Shown one piece after another: positions 61,367-64,000 of a stretch of 64,000 nucleotides of DNA (positions are counted from its first letter, which is position 1; every line of letters starts with the position of its first letter). The DNA lies in contig JBHPMF010000004.1 of assembly GCA_042563375.1 (NCBI GenBank), positions 14,902 through 78,901 of the forward strand. The letters are read 5' to 3'. Position numbers and translations under genes: made by a program. Origin of the DNA: Elusimicrobiota bacterium. Its GTDB lineage: Bacteria; Elusimicrobiota; Elusimicrobia; JACQPE01. The notes under the pieces were generated by a model. The model searched no databases. It was given only the letters and a program-made list of their open reading frames with translations, and was not told the DNA's origin.

Positions 61367-62470
61367 TTAATTTTTGAAGTGTATCGCAAGAATATCTCCG
61401 TCCTGGACCATATAGTCCTTGCTTGCCATCTTCGGATGGGAGAAAGCGACCTTGCCTTCCCTCGCTAAATCGTCATACGCTGTTACTTCAGCATTGATAA
61501 ATCCTTTTTCCATATCGCTATGGACCTTGCCTGCCGCGGATACGGCTGTTGCACCCTTGATGCATCTATATGCCCGAACCTCTTTGCCGCCGTGGCATGT
61601 ATAGAACGTGATCAGGGAAAATGCGTCGCGCAATCCGGCTATAAAATCTTCGAGCGTGGATTCTCCGATGCCATAAGCTGAAAGCATTGAAGCATCTCCG
61701 AGGTCCACCAGGGCCTCATTTAAAATCTTTATGGGCAGAGCGAACACCTGCTTTGATGAATCAGGATGCTTCTTGACGAAAAGCTCCTTTAAATCATTGC
61801 CTTTCGCCCTCTCTTCGTCGGAATCGCCTGTGTTCATGACCATTGCCCTTGGCTTTGACATCAACATATCCGGCGCGGAAGTATTAATCGCTAGCTCAGC
61901 CACCTCTTTATGATCGCTTTTCCCGTCAGTCAGATACTTCATCAATGGTTCAAGCCTTGCTATTTCCTTTTTTGCAGCTGCCTCGCCTGTGCGTGCTTTT
62001 GGCGTTAGCTTCTCAATAATACCTTCAAGCACCTTTATATCAGCCAGGGCAAGTTCTGTTTTGAGCAGTTCCCATTCTTCATCAGGATTTTTAAGCTGCG
62101 CTTTATCATTCGCCCCGGTTGAGGCAGTAACACTGACCACGTTTTCATCGGAAAAAGCCCTCAGCGCAACGATTATGCCGTCGACTTCGCGGATCTTAGC
62201 CAGGAACTGGTTTCCCAGACCAAGGCCTTGATGAGCTCCCGGAACCAGGCCTGCGATATCAGTAAGCTCGATCGTAGCAGGAGTAAGCCGCTCTATATTC
62301 GTAGTTTTGCCTATATTTTCAAGTCTGGAATCGCTTATCTTGAGAATTCCAGTGAATGGCTCTACTGTGGTAAATGGGAAATTAGCCGTAGCGCTTCTCT
62401 GTGACTTCAATAAAAGATTAAAAAGAGTTGACTTTCCAACGTTTGCAAACCCGACGATTCCGATCCTCAT
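61367..62470 (-). CDS. ychF: ribosome-binding ATPase YchF
   Basis: 367 aa. MRIGIVGFANVGKSTLFN, and a TGS-like C-terminus (EVRAYRCIKGATAVSAAGKVHSDMEKGFI). Confidence 0.95.
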   Translation of the reverse strand: MRIGIVGFANVGKSTLFNLLLKSQRSATANFPFTTVEPFTGILKISDSRLENIGKTTNIERLTPATIELTDIAGLVPGAHQGLGLGNQFLAKIREVDGIIVALRAFSDENVVSVTASTGANDKAQLKNPDEEWELLKTELALADIKVLEGIIEKLTPKARTGEAAAKKEIARLEPLMKYLTDGKSDHKEVAELAINTSAPDMLMSKPRAMVMNTGDSDEERAKGNDLKELFVKKHPDSSKQVFALPIKILNEALVDLGDASMLSAYGIGESTLEDFIAGLRDAFSLITFYTCHGGKEVRAYRCIKGATAVSAAGKVHSDMEKGFINAEVTAYDDLAREGKVAFSHPKMASKDYMVQDGDILAIHFKN

Positions 62471-63522
62471 AAATACTTCCTGGCTTTATTCAAGATCGCT
62501 GGAATGCCTTCGCCTGTGGCAGCTGACGCTGCTATGACATTTGGATATTTTTTCCTGAGCCTCTTGTACACTTTCAAAGATGGTTCTCCCAGATCCATTT
62601 TCGTGACTATCAATATCTTCGGCCTTTTTGCCATTTCCTTTTTCCATGACCTGACTTCTCTGTTGATGATGGAAATAGTCTTCTCCGGCTTAATGCCTGC
62701 ATAGCCCTCAGGATCGACAAGATGGATGAATATTTTTGTTCTTTCAAGGTGTCTGAGAAATTCATCGCCCAGGCCCTTGCCCGCATGCGCGCCTTCTATT
62801 AAACCGGGCATATCAGCTATTATAAAATCCTTTCCTTTCCAAACGCATTTCCCAAGCACGGGGTGTATTGTGGTAAAGGGATAAGGCGCGACCTTTGGAT
62901 TCGCCCTTGTCAGTTTTTTTAGGAGCGTTGATTTGCCTGCGTTCGGGAATCCAAGGAGGCCGCAATCCGCAAGAAGCTTAAGTTCCAAAAAAACGAATTT
63001 GTCCTCCCCGGGAAATCCAGTTTCTTTGTTTCTGGGCGCTCTATTGGTGGATGTTTTAAACATCGTATTGCCCCTGCCGCCTTTGCCCCCTTTGGCTATT
63101 GTGAGAATTTGGCCATGCTTGGTGAGCTCTCCGATGAATACCCTCTCAGAATCATTCGCGCTTTTGCGACCAGGATGACATTTGCGCAGATGAGCTTGCG
63201 TGCCTTTTCCTTTTGAGCTGATCGCTTCTTCCCATGCCACAGTTCCCAGCGGGACTTCTATTATTTTGTCTTTTCCGCAAGCCCCTGTCATGTTCGAACC
63301 CTTGCCGTGAGTGCCCCTCTCCGCGATGAATATAGGGCTCATGCTTACCTGGAAAAGAGTGTTTCTGTTCTCAGTGGCTTTTAAGCAGACACTGCCGCCA
63401 TTGCCGCCACTGCCGCCGTTGGGACCGCCGAATGGGATGAATTTTTCCCTGCGAAAACTCGAGCACCCGTCTCCGCCGCCGCCGGATTTAACAGTTATAC
63501 GGACTGCGTCAATGAATAGCAT
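62467..63522 (-). CDS. obg: GTPase Obg/CgtA
   Basis: 351 aa. MLFIDAVRITVKSGGGGDGCSSFRREKF, Gly-rich Obg fold, G1 GFPNAGKST, G3 DMPG, G4 TKMD. Confidence 0.95.
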   Translation of the reverse strand: MLFIDAVRITVKSGGGGDGCSSFRREKFIPFGGPNGGSGGNGGSVCLKATENRNTLFQVSMSPIFIAERGTHGKGSNMTGACGKDKIIEVPLGTVAWEEAISSKGKGTQAHLRKCHPGRKSANDSERVFIGELTKHGQILTIAKGGKGGRGNTMFKTSTNRAPRNKETGFPGEDKFVFLELKLLADCGLLGFPNAGKSTLLKKLTRANPKVAPYPFTTIHPVLGKCVWKGKDFIIADMPGLIEGAHAGKGLGDEFLRHLERTKIFIHLVDPEGYAGIKPEKTISIINREVRSWKKEMAKRPKILIVTKMDLGEPSLKVYKRLRKKYPNVIAASAATGEGIPAILNKARKYL

Positions 63523-63577
63523 AAAAATGGATCATGTGATAGGTCGATAGAACAAGATATGGATTACAGCTTAATGA

Positions 63578-63838
63578 CTATGCGGGATTCGGGCGCACAG
63601 ATACTATCCGCCTGCCGCCGCGGCCATGACCAAAACTCACCAAGCCATCTGCCAGAGCAAACAAACAATCATTCTTGGCTTTTGCCACATTCATACCGGG
63701 ATGGAATTGAGTGCCCTTCTGGCGGACGATAATGCCGCCTGTCTTTACCTGAGCTCCGCCATAAACCTTTACTCCTAATCTCTGCCCGCCGGAACCTCTT
63801 TTATATGATGCGCATCCAGTCGATCGTTTACGTGCCAT
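63578..63838 (-). CDS. rpmA: 50S ribosomal protein L27
   Basis: 86 aa. QRLGVKVYGGAQVKTGGIIVRQKGTQFHPGMNV matches L27. Confidence 0.9.
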   Translation of the reverse strand: MARKRSTGCASYKRGSGGQRLGVKVYGGAQVKTGGIIVRQKGTQFHPGMNVAKAKNDCLFALADGLVSFGHGRGGRRIVSVRPNPA

Positions 63839-63843
63839 AAATC

Positions 63844-64000
63844 TTAACCTCCAACCTCGATCTTCTCAACAAGGAGCTCTGTCAGATCCTGACGATGCCC
63901 CCGTTTCTTTTTATAGTGTTTCTTTGACCTTTTCTTGAATACAATGACCTTTTTATCCCGAAAATGGCGGCTTACCTTAAAATACACCTTGGCCCCTTTA
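63844..64000 (-). CDS. rplU: 50S ribosomal protein L21 (partial; N-terminus beyond the window edge)
   Basis: Not in the ORF track. My own translation gives ...KGAKVYFKVSRHFRDKKVIVFKKRSKKHYKKKRGHRQDLTELLVEKIEVGG*, with the stop at 63846..63844. This is the L21 C-terminus, in the usual rplU-rpmA order. Confidence 0.8.
   Translation of the reverse strand, partial: KGAKVYFKVSRHFRDKKVIVFKKRSKKHYKKKRGHRQDLTELLVEKIEVGG

Noticed and set aside
1-64000. Prophage, IS element, integron or conjugative element.
   Set aside because: No transposase, integrase, recombinase, capsid, terminase or relaxase-like ORF was found in any frame. The inverted repeats are too short and too numerous to be IS ends, and they flank no transposase.

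Overview
This is a 64-kb chromosomal segment from what looks like an uncultivated bacterium. 61 of 64 genes lie on the minus strand. I found no rRNA, tRNA, CRISPR array, transposase, integrase or phage genes. All calls come from reading the ORF translations and the DNA by eye; no database search was run.

Gene order along the coding strand, from high to low coordinates:
- rplU-rpmA-obg-ychF.
- rpsF-ssb-rpsR-rplI-dnaB-alr-radA-yacL(PIN/TRAM)-ispD-ispF-cysS-rlmB, a Bacillus-like synteny.
- A small accessory patch: an NTase-fold protein, a DUF318-type permease with a thioredoxin-like protein, a secreted orphan and a GNAT.
- A de novo purine supercluster: guaB, a split purH, purC, a class-II-like purE, purB, a brnT-brnA-HTH insertion, a PurS-PurS-PurL fusion, purQ, purN and purM.
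- An accessory island of about 8 kb (25.4-33.3 kb) that holds the only plus-strand genes: an exonuclease, a Cys-rich secreted orphan, a HAD hydrolase, a cupin, a beta-CASP MBL nuclease, a small His/Cys-rich secreted protein, an ABC-2 exporter, an orphan and a LysE exporter.
- purD-purF-guaA-carA-carB.
- A TPR-protein-associated TRAP transporter (tatT-dctP-dctQ-dctM).
- An envelope-glycan locus: two B12/radical-SAM enzymes, a 1103-aa GT2-flippase-GT2 ORF, WlbA/WlbB-like enzymes, a GT2 and two methyltransferases. A two-gene NTase cassette interrupts it.

The most unusual signal is not a gene. About a dozen types of short GC-rich palindromic repeats fill nearly every intergenic gap, and at least five types occur two or more times in this window. 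Several copies sit in frame inside large or essential CDSs: PurL, the GT fusion, the DctP signal peptide, the CarA and CarB C-termini, and possibly Obg. Two families are read in the same frame in unrelated proteins and give the same peptide, which resembles Rickettsia palindromic elements.
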